IMG/VR virus record: IMGVR_UViG_3300042486_000250
Location: 1-60,090 of that record
Origin: a virus
Lineage: Duplodnaviria > Caudoviricetes
Strand: one strand, 5' to 3'
Length of the DNA stretch: 60,090 nt
Both the position numbers and the translations under genes were made by a program. Below the pieces are notes generated by a model. The model saw nothing but the letters and a program-made list of their open reading frames with translations, searched no databases and was not told the origin of the DNA. Position 1 is the stretch's first letter. Each line of letters starts with the position of its first letter. Positions 9,006 to 19,586 of the stretch are shown here, piece by piece.

Positions 9006-11396
9006 ATGACTCCAGAAAACCAAGGTGGTGAAAGCCCAATTGACCGTGTTGCCCAGCCCTCTAGGGGTGGTAATGGTCGTGCCACACTTGGTATTGATGC
9101 TCGTCAAGAAGCCCAAGTCCTTGGTTTCATGGACAAACTTACCCGCAAGGTTGAGGTCCTTACTGACAAGGTATCCAAAGCACATACTGCTTTAGGAAAA
9201 ATTGGTAGCAACCTAAACTCCATTAACCCTTCTGGAGGACAACGCCCTGCTTCGGGTAGTGCAGGAAGTGTGTCTGCTTCCATGGCATCTTCTAGAGGGT
9301 CTATTTCTGCTCCATCTGCCACAGCGGGTACCGCAGGTGCGGGAACAGGTACATCAGGTACCTTTGCTGCTGCTATGCCTTCAATGGCTCAAATGGCTCA
9401 ACTGCTTAAAAAGATCCCAATGCCTAGTGGAGGCGGAGGCGGAGGCGGAGGCGGAGGCGGAGGCGGAGGCGGAGGCGGAGGCGGAGTCCCATTCTTGTCA
9501 GATGCTGGGCGAATGCCAGGAATCACCTCCGATGCACGAATAGGTGTTGGTGCAGAATACTCTCTCCAAGCGGACAGAATGACTGCACTATATCAACAGA
9601 TGTATGGTGCATCTAACGCAGAAATCCGTAATGGTGTTCGTAAACCTTTAACCAGCCATTACATGCTTGGTGGCTCTGATGCCATTAATCAGATGATGAA
9701 CCTACAAGCCACCACAGGTTTGACGGCTACTAAGCAAGCATCCAGCGTAGAAGCCATGCGTGCTATTACAGGATTCTCTTTAAGCACAGAGGGTGCTACA
9801 AAGATGATTGCTGGCATGTCTTCCCCAGATGTTGCTAACCGTATGTTCATGATGGGTGGCGGTGGTATGTACGGAATTGGCGGTAAAGAAAACACCGCCA
9901 TGGGAAACATTCAAGGAATTGTTCGCCGTGCTGGATTGACTAACCCAGAGGCTCTTCGTGGAGCCCTACAACCTGGATCTAACACCCGTCAACGACTTAC
10001 GGCTATGGGTGTTCCTGAAGACATGCAAGACATGGTTATTCAGTACGCCATGGAAAACACACAGTTTCAAAAGAAAACAAATGGTAAAGAAGGGATGTAT
10101 GACCCTTCACAAGAATCTGATCGCAAAACTATGGGTATTGAAGGCAACTACATTACCCAACACGAAAAAACAACTGGTGAAAAGATCAAGCGTGAAGAAC
10201 GCTTTTATGGTCGTCAAACAGATAACTTTGCTGACTTTGAGAAAAACTTGCGTAGTGCTACCAAAATGCTTGCAATGTTTGAAGACCAACTATCAGGAAT
10301 CATTGGAGTTAAAATTAGTACCGCTGGAAACCCAGCAGTTAACTTCTTAAAAGACACTTTTGGTAATAAAACAGGTGTGGGTACTGGTTTAATTAATGCG
10401 TTTAGAAACATTTTTTCTGGTGGTGGTGACGGTAATAAACCATCTGCTGGTCCCGCAGCAAACTTTACTGCTACAAAAACAACTACATCAACTCCAAGAG
10501 ACTCGTTGCCAGCGACTGACGAAAGAAAACTATCTTCACTTAAACCACAGTTAGCAGAACCATTACGCAACATGTTGTTGGCAAACAACAAATTGTACAT
10601 TGGACAAGGATTTAGAAGTTTACAAGAACAGGAATCTGAGTTCCGCCGCCGTTATGAAGAACGCCCAGATCTAACTGAAAAAACTAGTTCGTCAGACAGA
10701 ATTTGGAATGACACCGTTTGGGTCAAGAAAAAAGGTTCTGGTTATGACTTGGCTGCTCCAGGAGAGTCATACCACGCTGAATACCTTGCAGCAGATGTTA
10801 TGGGAGACAACGAGTGGATTAGGGCAAACGCCGCAGCATATGGACTAGATCATGGTGGTACAAAAGGTGGGGGAACAGGAGACGAACCATTCCATGTTCA
10901 GCCCGCAGGAAGTATGCGTACTCCTTTAGATAAATACTTAAAATCAATTGGTGCAACACGAGTCAACCCCTATAAATCAGTTAAAGGATCTGGTAAAGGC
11001 TCTGTTAGGTCGTCTTCTGCAAAAGGAAAAAACTATGTTGTTGCAAAAGGTCCAAACAAAAAGGGTGGTTCTTTAGGAGGTGTTGCTGCTGGTCGGGCAT
11101 CAGCGGCTACAGCCCCAGAAGTTACTTCTGCATTCAGCAGAATTGAGGGTATTGACAAACCAGTGTCTCCAACTGCGCTTAGTAGAAACTTTGGTGATGG
11201 TAATACCTACTCCCAAGACACGAGCGTTAGTGGAGGCGTAGGTGGTGGTTCCTACGGTAGTGGATCAATTGTTATTTCACCTAACATCTACCTACAAGGT
11301 GGGCAAGACACCAATGGCGACATCCGCCGTATTGCTAAGGAAGTCGGAAGGCTTCTTGAAAGTGAAGTTAAACTAGTAATGATGAGGCAAACATGA
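9006..11396 (+). CDS. tape measure protein with C-terminal M15-type (VanY-like) peptidase domain
   Basis: 796 aa, G/A/M-rich helical region; GFRS..EQ, AAPGESYH, AAD and EPFHVQ M15 motifs at ~10540-10900. Confidence 0.75.
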   Translation: MTPENQGGESPIDRVAQPSRGGNGRATLGIDARQEAQVLGFMDKLTRKVEVLTDKVSKAHTALGKIGSNLNSINPSGGQRPASGSAGSVSASMASSRGSISAPSATAGTAGAGTGTSGTFAAAMPSMAQMAQLLKKIPMPSGGGGGGGGGGGGGGGGGGGVPFLSDAGRMPGITSDARIGVGAEYSLQADRMTALYQQMYGASNAEIRNGVRKPLTSHYMLGGSDAINQMMNLQATTGLTATKQASSVEAMRAITGFSLSTEGATKMIAGMSSPDVANRMFMMGGGGMYGIGGKENTAMGNIQGIVRRAGLTNPEALRGALQPGSNTRQRLTAMGVPEDMQDMVIQYAMENTQFQKKTNGKEGMYDPSQESDRKTMGIEGNYITQHEKTTGEKIKREERFYGRQTDNFADFEKNLRSATKMLAMFEDQLSGIIGVKISTAGNPAVNFLKDTFGNKTGVGTGLINAFRNIFSGGGDGNKPSAGPAANFTATKTTTSTPRDSLPATDERKLSSLKPQLAEPLRNMLLANNKLYIGQGFRSLQEQESEFRRRYEERPDLTEKTSSSDRIWNDTVWVKKKGSGYDLAAPGESYHAEYLAADVMGDNEWIRANAAAYGLDHGGTKGGGTGDEPFHVQPAGSMRTPLDKYLKSIGATRVNPYKSVKGSGKGSVRSSSAKGKNYVVAKGPNKKGGSLGGVAAGRASAATAPEVTSAFSRIEGIDKPVSPTALSRNFGDGNTYSQDTSVSGGVGGGSYGSGSIVISPNIYLQGGQDTNGDIRRIAKEVGRLLESEVKLVMMRQT
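9429..9485 (+). repeat. perfect (GGAGGC)9-GGA microsatellite encoding Gly19
   Basis: Read directly from the sequence. Confidence 0.95.
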
Positions 11397-13063
11397 GTCT
11401 TGATAATGTGCGATTTAGTCCAGAGGCACTTGCTGCATATAAAGAGGCATACCCTGAGTATGGTATTGGAAAGATGGCAGGTGTAGGCAACACTTACTCT
11501 ACAAACCAATTTTATGGAATTGCTGGTATGCCAGGTTCTCCAGAACCTATGGGTATCGCTCGCACCAATATTGATAACCCTCCATTTTTGTATCCTAAAA
11601 AGCAATACATGGACTCTGCTGGCAGAACACATGCTGTACAGCGTGGTTATATGCGTAGCCTTCTTACTGATCCTGCTGTTGACTTATCAGGTAATGCAAA
11701 ACCACGAAGAGTATTCTTTCAATTTAATCCTGTAGCACTTCAGCGTTCTGTGCAACAGAACATTGGTGCAATGAACCCATTGCTTCAAGACCCCGTACAG
11801 TTAACACAGCCTGTTCCTGGTACGGCTACTTTTGCATTTGAGTTGTTCTTTAACCGTGAACACGAAGTAAATGCTCACTACAACTATTCAGATACCGATT
11901 GGTTGATGTTACCTAATGGTCAACAGGCGCTTGTATCAGAGATTGGTGTTTTAGCAGACCTCATGCTCCTTGACTCTATTACGGGTCAAGGTTTATCTCA
12001 AGATCTTATTCAAACCCTAACCTCATATTCTCAGGCTCAATACAACGCACAAAACAAAGACATTAATGATGCTAAACAAGAGGCAATTGACCGTGGAGAC
12101 AAAGAGGCTGCAAAAACATACGAACCATATGAAGTTCCTGATCAAGCAGATATTGACAAAATCTTTAAAAATAACTTAGGAAACACAGCATTCCTTAACC
12201 CACTTCCATTCCGTGTGATGTTCTCATCATTGTTTATGGTTGAAGGTGTTGCTACCAGCGTTGATGTTATTTTCCAAAAGTTCAGTAGGACGATGGTACC
12301 TACACAATGTAAAGTAACTATTCAAATGTATGCGCTATACCTTGGCTTTGCTAAGAAGAATACATTTATCTATGACAACTTGATTCAAAGTGCACAACTT
12401 GTAGAGGAACAACAAGTTAATGACCCTGTTACTCAACAAGCACTTGATATTGGTCTTAACTATTGTGAAGCACGGTTAATAACTAAGGGTGAAAAGATAG
12501 ATAAAAACAATCCCTTTATACAAATTAGAAAATTAACAATAAATCCTTTATTGCTTGATCTTGAAAAAAAGCGTACATTAGGAAACATTACTTATCAATT
12601 TTTTATTGAGTATAAAATTACAGAAACTGTATCAACAACAATTACTGATGAAAATCTAAAGGCTTCTCGTAAAATTCTTACAGAAGAAGATGGTAAAGAT
12701 ACCTTTGAACAAGGTACTCAAGAAATTGATATTATGCTTGTTGGAGAAGACTTTGTAGACTCTATGTATTCTGGAGTTGGTGGCGAGGGTGGTGGTGGAA
12801 CCTACCAAAACACCCCATATGAGCCCTATGTTACATGGCGTGTTGGTATGACCATTAGCGCAGAATCATCAGGTGGTAGTGCGCTTACTTCTAAAGATTT
12901 TATATTTACTCAATTTAATAATGACCAATGGTTTGAGCCACAAAGTGCAAGCCCAACATCAAAAGTGCTGGGTCCTTCTACCTACTCTCGTAAAATAACT
13001 GGTCGTAATGGACAACCTACTGGAACAACGGGACCAACACCTACACCAAGGATTGTCCCATGA
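11393..13063 (+). CDS. baseplate tube-initiator-like protein with AT-rich C-terminal extension
   Basis: FQFNP motif, FELFFNR; follows tape measure. Confidence 0.5.
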   Translation: MSLDNVRFSPEALAAYKEAYPEYGIGKMAGVGNTYSTNQFYGIAGMPGSPEPMGIARTNIDNPPFLYPKKQYMDSAGRTHAVQRGYMRSLLTDPAVDLSGNAKPRRVFFQFNPVALQRSVQQNIGAMNPLLQDPVQLTQPVPGTATFAFELFFNREHEVNAHYNYSDTDWLMLPNGQQALVSEIGVLADLMLLDSITGQGLSQDLIQTLTSYSQAQYNAQNKDINDAKQEAIDRGDKEAAKTYEPYEVPDQADIDKIFKNNLGNTAFLNPLPFRVMFSSLFMVEGVATSVDVIFQKFSRTMVPTQCKVTIQMYALYLGFAKKNTFIYDNLIQSAQLVEEQQVNDPVTQQALDIGLNYCEARLITKGEKIDKNNPFIQIRKLTINPLLLDLEKKRTLGNITYQFFIEYKITETVSTTITDENLKASRKILTEEDGKDTFEQGTQEIDIMLVGEDFVDSMYSGVGGEGGGGTYQNTPYEPYVTWRVGMTISAESSGGSALTSKDFIFTQFNNDQWFEPQSASPTSKVLGPSTYSRKITGRNGQPTGTTGPTPTPRIVP

Positions 13064-13314
13064 TCCAAACTATTTCTCGCTATAAAGTATTTACTGAAGT
13101 CCGTAATGACGAATTAGCCGTTATATCACTACCAATGCCTGTAACTAATGGTGGATACCTTACACATATCACTAGAGAAAATGAATCATTTGACTTGTTG
13201 GCTACTAAATACCTTGGCGCCCCAATTTTTTATTGGATGATTGCAAAAATAAATCCACAAGTACAGTTTCCTGACAGAATTCCACCAGGAACGGCTATCC
13301 GTATTCCACGATGA
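13060..13314 (+). CDS. LysM-like / P2 gpX-like baseplate protein
   Basis: ESFDLLATKYLG...WMIAKINP...IPPGTAIRIP. Confidence 0.8.
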   Translation: MIQTISRYKVFTEVRNDELAVISLPMPVTNGGYLTHITRENESFDLLATKYLGAPIFYWMIAKINPQVQFPDRIPPGTAIRIPR

Positions 13315-14474
13315 TTACCACAGGCTCGTCTTCACTTGAACTTAAATTTGAAGTTGCTATTAACGGAGTACCTTTTGATATTACGGCAATACAACGAGTA
13401 AGTATTGAGTTGCAAGAAAATATGCATAATATTGCAATTTTAGATATTGCTGGTCTTCCTACAAAGTTTTTAGGTGCTTATGTGGATGCCCCTATTGCTA
13501 TCCATATCACGGTAGCCAAAACACGGTCACAGTTTTTTATGGGCTATGTAGCCTATTTAGAGCCTGAATCAAAAAACATTGATGGACTAGTAAACAAAAG
13601 CCCATTCCAAACAACACGCATTTATTGTTTTGGATCGTCATATGTTATGCGTAGCCGTAAAACCCGTGCGTGGAATCAAAAGACACTGCCACAAATTGCC
13701 ACTGAACTTGCAGACAATTACAATTTCACGGTTGCTGTACCTAATGATCGTTATGTATTTCCACGATTAGTGCAATCAGGTAAATCAGATTGGGAATTTT
13801 TAGTAGACGCTGCAAACTACCTTGGGTACCATGTGGTTATGCGTGGAACCCACATTGATATCTGGGATCCCTATACCTCCCTTAGTCGCTATGTGTCTAC
13901 TCCTCTCTACGCTATGACTGGTAATAAGGGAAATATTCAAGCACAGCCAGGACAGGTAATTAAGTTTTCTGCCACAGTTGGAGCAGTAAACCCTATTTCT
14001 GCCAAAGTTCCCGACACCATCTACGCACTGACCAGTACAAATAATATTTCTTCTTTAACCCAGAACACTTACACAGGTTATGGAGAGGAAGTTACATCCA
14101 TATTTTCTGATGAAATAGCACACAATGCTGATTCCATTGATATGGCAAAAGCAATCATTAAAGGAAGAACTCGCCAAAAGTTCCCGTATACCGCAGAGGT
14201 AGAGGTAGTTGGAGATCCCACTTTAGAGCCAGGCATGGCTATTGATCTAGATAAATATGACTCAATTGTGGATGGTATCTGGATTGTAAAATCCGCTCGG
14301 CATGATATGTTTCGTGGGTCTGCTATGAGTTATTTAACACTTGTAAAAGATTCCAACTATAATGGTGTAGTAAATCCCACAGAAAAAACAAGTCCCGCAC
14401 CCGTTCTTCCAGAGCCAATTCTTAAAAATGGTAAATGGTCCACAACAAAAACTTTATCGTATGTCTACTCTTAG
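13311..14474 (+). CDS. baseplate hub protein (gpD/gp27-like)
   Basis: QSGKSDWEFL, GDPTLEPG, GIWIVKSARH. Confidence 0.75.
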   Translation: MITTGSSSLELKFEVAINGVPFDITAIQRVSIELQENMHNIAILDIAGLPTKFLGAYVDAPIAIHITVAKTRSQFFMGYVAYLEPESKNIDGLVNKSPFQTTRIYCFGSSYVMRSRKTRAWNQKTLPQIATELADNYNFTVAVPNDRYVFPRLVQSGKSDWEFLVDAANYLGYHVVMRGTHIDIWDPYTSLSRYVSTPLYAMTGNKGNIQAQPGQVIKFSATVGAVNPISAKVPDTIYALTSTNNISSLTQNTYTGYGEEVTSIFSDEIAHNADSIDMAKAIIKGRTRQKFPYTAEVEVVGDPTLEPGMAIDLDKYDSIVDGIWIVKSARHDMFRGSAMSYLTLVKDSNYNGVVNPTEKTSPAPVLPEPILKNGKWSTTKTLSYVYS

Positions 14475-14483
14475 GGGATATTT

Positions 14484-14927
14484 ATGAAATCAATTTCAAT
14501 ACCTTTTAGATTTGAGTCTAGTTCTGGTCAAGTGGCAACAGCAAAGACCAAAGGAAAAGTTGTTACGACTACTAACAACAATACTATTGCTCGTCAAAGA
14601 ATTGCAGATGTGTTGGCTACTCGCCGTTTTGAAAGAGTAAATAGACCAGAGTATGGTGCAGGTATTAGTGATCTTTTGTTTGAACCACTTGACGAACTGA
14701 TTTTTGCTGACTTCCGTCTTGACGCAATTAATACTCTTAATGACTATGTATCAAACGCAGATATTAGAGACTTACAAATTAGGACAGGAAACCCTATACA
14801 ATACTCTGGAGACGGAGATTCTACACTTGTTGTTCGTGTTATCTACCATACAGCAGACACGGGTACATCTACATTTACTGCCAGTATTGGACAAAACACT
14901 ATTTTAACTGAGGAAAGTAAAATTTAA
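14484..14927 (+). CDS. baseplate wedge protein (gp25/gpW-like)
   Basis: LATRRFERVNRPEYGAGISDLLFEP. Confidence 0.85.
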   Translation: MKSISIPFRFESSSGQVATAKTKGKVVTTTNNNTIARQRIADVLATRRFERVNRPEYGAGISDLLFEPLDELIFADFRLDAINTLNDYVSNADIRDLQIRTGNPIQYSGDGDSTLVVRVIYHTADTGTSTFTASIGQNTILTEESKI

Positions 14928-14929
14928 TT

Positions 14930-16738
14930 ATGGCTACTTTTGATTACACAAGCAGGGATTACCTGTCTATTCGTCAAGATTTAATTAACCGTGCGGCAAC
15001 TACTGTCCCTGAGTGGAACTCTATTGACTCTTCAGATTTTGCCAATGTGTTTGTTGATCTTTGGGCGTACATGGGAGACATCCTCCATTTCTATGTAGAC
15101 CGTGCTGCTTCAGAAACATTTTTAGCAACAGCCACACAGCGTGAATCAGTGATAGCAATTGCTAATTTAATGGATTACATCCCTTCGTCTGTTCGTGCTG
15201 CCCGTGGGTCAATCAACATCACCTTAAATGTGTTGCCTACAGGCGCAACAACCTATGTTCTTCCTGCATACACCGTGCTAACTGGTTACGATGACAACAA
15301 TAATATGTATAGTTTCTATACATCTGCTGATTCAGGATCGTTGAGTTCTGGGACACCCACTGCTAGTGCTATCCCCATTGTGCAAGGAACCATTATCTTT
15401 AATGAAGAAACTTCTAGTAGAAGTTCTGGAAACCCTGCTCAAAAATACACACTGCTAAAAAAGAATGTTGACTCAAATAGCATTACCGTACAAGTACTGG
15501 AAGGTCCACTATCTGGTGGTATTCCTACACTAGTTGAATACCAGTATGTTACGCAATTGTCGGACGCTAACTATCTAGACAAAGTTTTTACAGCACGGAT
15601 TACTTCCGATGGATTTACTGAAATCTTGTTTGGTAATGGGTTTAATGGATTTATTCCAACAACAAATGCTCAAATTTTTGTATCGTACAGAACAGCAGAT
15701 GGTTCGGCTGGAAATATCCCAGCAAACAAAATTACCGAGATATCTGGAGTTCCTTCAAACTATGTGAGCATCTCTTCATCAACCGCTACTAGTGGTGGTG
15801 CAGATATGGAAACAATTAATTCCATTAAAAACAATGTTACTAGGTTGTACAGAACAAATGATCGTGCTGTGTCTTTACAAGACTATAAAGACTTGTCTTT
15901 ACAAATTCCTGGAGTAAGTAAGGTTACTGCTGAGTTTGGTCCAAGTTCTGCTAAAACAATTAGCACATCTACAGTTAACACCACTCACCTAACAGTTAAC
16001 ACTTCTGTAGCACATAAGTTTATTGCTGGACAAACGGTTACCCTTTCTGGAATTAGTCAAAGTTCTCACAACATTGCAAGCATTGTTATTGACGCAGTAC
16101 CTACTGCAACATCATTCACTGTTTTAAAGAGTGGGTATTCATCAGCACCTACAGGAAGTGGTACTGGAGGAACTGCAACCACCGTTGACTCAACGGTAGT
16201 TATCTACCCAGTACCCCACCAAAGTTCCTACCCACCAGCACCTGTTCTTGATGGTGGGATACCTAAAGTTTTAATGGATATCCCAAATTCTATGTCGGAA
16301 CTTATTGAAAGTTACTTTGCAACACGGTCTATGTTGGGAGTAACAACTAAAGTTACTAATCCTGTAAACATTGCATCCTTAGATAAATACATCCAAATTA
16401 TTCCTGTATACCTAAACCTTACAATTAATGTAAGAGAGAATTATGTACAGAGTTTGGTAAGGGCTCAAGTAGACAATGCAGTAAGAAAACTTCTTTCTTT
16501 TGACAATGTTTATTTTAATCAGTTACTGACAATTGGTGAGGTTTACCGTGCGGCGCTTTCAGTTGTTGGCGTGGATTATGTTTCAATCGTAAATATGAGT
16601 ACAACATATGCCCCTAGTGGTGGCACAGTTGCAAATATCCAGGCTGATACAACAAAACTACTATGTTTCACTGACCTGATATCAAGCAACCCTGCAATCA
16701 TCTACACAATGGTTGGTGGATTGACTGGAAGTAATTAA
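14930..16738 (+). CDS. baseplate wedge protein (baseplate J/gp6-like)
   Basis: DYTSRDY, ETFLATA, FGNG, GGADMET, RAVSLQDY. Confidence 0.85.
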   Translation: MATFDYTSRDYLSIRQDLINRAATTVPEWNSIDSSDFANVFVDLWAYMGDILHFYVDRAASETFLATATQRESVIAIANLMDYIPSSVRAARGSINITLNVLPTGATTYVLPAYTVLTGYDDNNNMYSFYTSADSGSLSSGTPTASAIPIVQGTIIFNEETSSRSSGNPAQKYTLLKKNVDSNSITVQVLEGPLSGGIPTLVEYQYVTQLSDANYLDKVFTARITSDGFTEILFGNGFNGFIPTTNAQIFVSYRTADGSAGNIPANKITEISGVPSNYVSISSSTATSGGADMETINSIKNNVTRLYRTNDRAVSLQDYKDLSLQIPGVSKVTAEFGPSSAKTISTSTVNTTHLTVNTSVAHKFIAGQTVTLSGISQSSHNIASIVIDAVPTATSFTVLKSGYSSAPTGSGTGGTATTVDSTVVIYPVPHQSSYPPAPVLDGGIPKVLMDIPNSMSELIESYFATRSMLGVTTKVTNPVNIASLDKYIQIIPVYLNLTINVRENYVQSLVRAQVDNAVRKLLSFDNVYFNQLLTIGEVYRAALSVVGVDYVSIVNMSTTYAPSGGTVANIQADTTKLLCFTDLISSNPAIIYTMVGGLTGSN

Positions 16739-18519
16739 TGCCAATTTCATCATTCATCCTTCGTAAGACACTTACAGAAAATGGATCAGCACTACGCAGA
16801 ACAAAAGTTATCCAAGATATCTCAAACCCTGGTAGTGGTGACACAGTCTATGACAGCGGTTTGCGTGCTGATGGGTTCTTTCCCCCTACCCCTGTTTCCT
16901 ACAGTGAATCTACTTTAGAAGCCGCTGTTTATTATCGCAATAAAGTAACACTCAAGTGGCGTTTATCAGAAGTGTTAATAAGTGCCCCTGAAACTTTGGA
17001 TTTTGATCCTGTGGAGTTACTCATCCGTGGATCTGGTTCTGGAGAACCTATTACTCCAGAAGATGGTTTTTTTGTGATATCTGTTAATTCAGAAAACTAT
17101 GTTGAGACTATTGAGGATATTTCTAGTCAAGCAAACCCTTATATCGTTGAAGGTAATTGGTGTTACTACTCTTTATTTATTAAGTACGCCAATGAAGCAG
17201 GTGATTCGTATTACGAAAAAGCAACTGATTTGTCTGTACAAATTCCATACAATTTTGATTCTACAGAAAACTTATGGAGAAGAATACCAGTCTATTACCG
17301 AGAGTTAGATCAGCAGTACGCATTAAACACGCCTGATTATGCTGAGGCTGATGGTCCCTTGTACCGATATGTTGAATTATTTGGCTGGGAACTTGACAAA
17401 ATTCGCACAACAATCTATGACACGATGCGGGTAAATGACCCAGATGTTGTACATAGTTCTGCTATTGACGCATTAGCATCTCAAGTAGGTCTTCCCATAT
17501 CTAAAGATTTTTTAGGAACATCTAAACTTAGGACATTACTAAATAACGCAGGGTACCTACAGAGGAATAAAGGAACGCAGAACAGTGTAGAAGCATACAT
17601 TACTGCCCTTACTGGATGCGGTGTAACCACTAACTACTCAAGTGGACTCACAACTTTTAGCGTACACCCAATGAGGGTAAATCTTTTTACTGACCCATTC
17701 TTTAACCAAGGTGTTACCAACCCAACTGTTGCCGATACGGGTGCCATTCAAAGGAAATGGACACAACTGGACGAAGGTGGAAGATCATATGGTTGGGGTG
17801 TGTATACCCAATTTAGTTCTGCACCATCAAGTACACTAAGTGTTTCAACTGCAAATGATATATTAACAATCACTCTCCCACCTTTGTCTGGAACGGTCAC
17901 TCTTTTGGTCTATTCCCGTGGTGAATTTGTATACAACAATAATTTAACTTATTATTACTCGGCAAAAAGTTCCCATAACTTTAGTCCAAGGTTTTTATAC
18001 GCTCACGACATGATGAATTTGGAAACAACTCCACCAACAAGTATTCCGTATTTTGATTCATGGAACAATGCAGTGACCAATTTTCCAGAGTTTAATGATT
18101 CTTTGACTAATGGTTTACGAGATATTAAAGCAACTATCCCAAGTACTTCCACAGTTACTTCTGACTATGTAATTCCAGTTTATAAATTTGACATTACATT
18201 GTCAGCAACTACGCCAACTGTTGTAACTCTTCAAAACCCATTAGTTGAATACCGAAATACAAGTGGGGCGTTCTTTACAGGAAGCAACACAAACGGCGGG
18301 TTTGTACCCACAGCAGGTGGTGCACCAAACGCAGGTAGATATGACTACCATTGGGGCACTTACACAGAGGGAAGCAGCCCTAACACAAACTTTTCGTATT
18401 ACACCCTTGATGGTTACCGATCCCAAAAAGTAACCGAGAATATCATTGAAAATAATGTTATGCCAGTTAACATGGTTAATGGTATTGATTACGACATTAT
18501 TTGGGATGTACTTGAGTGA
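16738..18519 (+). CDS. baseplate/tail protein with P2 gpI-like domain
   Basis: LWRRIPVYY, KGT..SVEAYITALTG motif; S/T-rich C-terminus. Confidence 0.55.
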   Translation: MPISSFILRKTLTENGSALRRTKVIQDISNPGSGDTVYDSGLRADGFFPPTPVSYSESTLEAAVYYRNKVTLKWRLSEVLISAPETLDFDPVELLIRGSGSGEPITPEDGFFVISVNSENYVETIEDISSQANPYIVEGNWCYYSLFIKYANEAGDSYYEKATDLSVQIPYNFDSTENLWRRIPVYYRELDQQYALNTPDYAEADGPLYRYVELFGWELDKIRTTIYDTMRVNDPDVVHSSAIDALASQVGLPISKDFLGTSKLRTLLNNAGYLQRNKGTQNSVEAYITALTGCGVTTNYSSGLTTFSVHPMRVNLFTDPFFNQGVTNPTVADTGAIQRKWTQLDEGGRSYGWGVYTQFSSAPSSTLSVSTANDILTITLPPLSGTVTLLVYSRGEFVYNNNLTYYYSAKSSHNFSPRFLYAHDMMNLETTPPTSIPYFDSWNNAVTNFPEFNDSLTNGLRDIKATIPSTSTVTSDYVIPVYKFDITLSATTPTVVTLQNPLVEYRNTSGAFFTGSNTNGGFVPTAGGAPNAGRYDYHWGTYTEGSSPNTNFSYYTLDGYRSQKVTENIIENNVMPVNMVNGIDYDIIWDVLE

Positions 18520-18770
18520 ATTATCTATTAGCAGGTCTTGCTGTTTACAAGTTGATGCAGTTTCTTAATACGCTGACACCTAAAGAGGCGATGCCTTGGG
18601 TGAAAGTACTAGTTGGGATTGCTCTTGGCTATGGTGTGGCGTTTGTCACAAATCTTCCAGATGCGTGGACAAGTGGGTTGGTAGTCGCTACAATCGCTTC
18701 TGCCTGCCACGGTCTCTTGCGTCTACTGACACTTCATGGGGACTTGGCGGCTCGTAAAACTTACAAGTAG
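18516..18770 (+). CDS. putative holin
   Basis: 84 aa, 2-3 hydrophobic helices, basic C-terminus, end of the tail module. Confidence 0.5.
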   Translation: MNYLLAGLAVYKLMQFLNTLTPKEAMPWVKVLVGIALGYGVAFVTNLPDAWTSGLVVATIASACHGLLRLLTLHGDLAARKTYK

Positions 18771-18779
18771 GAGCAACAC

Positions 18780-19586
18780 ATGAAGTATGGAATTATCGGT
18801 AGCGGGTCTGCCAATACCAAAGTTGTACAAGAAGGTCTCATTGACATCTTGAAGAGTGACGAAGACGCAATCTTTGTCATCCACGCACGCCGTGCACCGC
18901 AGGGAGCAGTCAGTGATGTCTATGACTTCCTGGTGGACCACAAGGTTCCTTTTAGCGCAGTAACACGCATTGATGACAAAGCCCCACAAGGTCTACTTAA
19001 CTTTGCCCTTGAGGTAGTTACAAACGATGATCCAACAAAGACCATCATTAATGTTTGTGATGAGGTTCTTTTGCTTTGGGATGAGTCCAGCGAAGAAGCA
19101 TCAGAGAAGTTGGCAATCATGAGCGCAGATGCTGGTAAACCTATTAAGGACTTGACCATGGCATTGACACCAATTGTTATTGAGGGTTCTCCAGAACCAG
19201 TGAACATGGATGTCATTGAACCAGAGATTGTCTATGAAAAGCCCGTTGCACATGATCCTGATGAGACCACTGAGGGAACACCATTTACTCGTGATGAGTT
19301 GATGAACATGAACATTGGTGTTCTTCGCCGTCAGGCTAAAGCACTAGGTGTTGAAAACATTGGTAAGACCAAGCAGGAAATTGTTGATGCGATCTTCTAC
19401 CACGAACCAGTAGATGGTGATGCGTCAATCATCTCAGCGGATGTTGTGGCAACAGAAATTGTTGAACCACTCAATGTCACTCAAGGACAACTCACTTGGA
19501 TTGAAGATGGTGTATTGCAGTCTGTGATGCTTGGAGAAAACTTCACCAAGCGGTTCCTTGCAGACTTGCGTTACAAACCTATTTAG
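18780..19586 (+). CDS. hypothetical protein: Rossmann/SLOG-like N-terminus plus Rho-N-like helical domain
   Basis: YGIIGSG start; FTRDELMNMNIGVLRRQAKALGV...KQEIVDAI. Confidence 0.45.
   Translation: MKYGIIGSGSANTKVVQEGLIDILKSDEDAIFVIHARRAPQGAVSDVYDFLVDHKVPFSAVTRIDDKAPQGLLNFALEVVTNDDPTKTIINVCDEVLLLWDESSEEASEKLAIMSADAGKPIKDLTMALTPIVIEGSPEPVNMDVIEPEIVYEKPVAHDPDETTEGTPFTRDELMNMNIGVLRRQAKALGVENIGKTKQEIVDAIFYHEPVDGDASIISADVVATEIVEPLNVTQGQLTWIEDGVLQSVMLGENFTKRFLADLRYKPI

Noticed and set aside
5753-18519. Bacterial extracellular contractile injection system or tailocin
   Set aside because: Contiguous with capsid, scaffold and a full replication module, so it is a phage tail.
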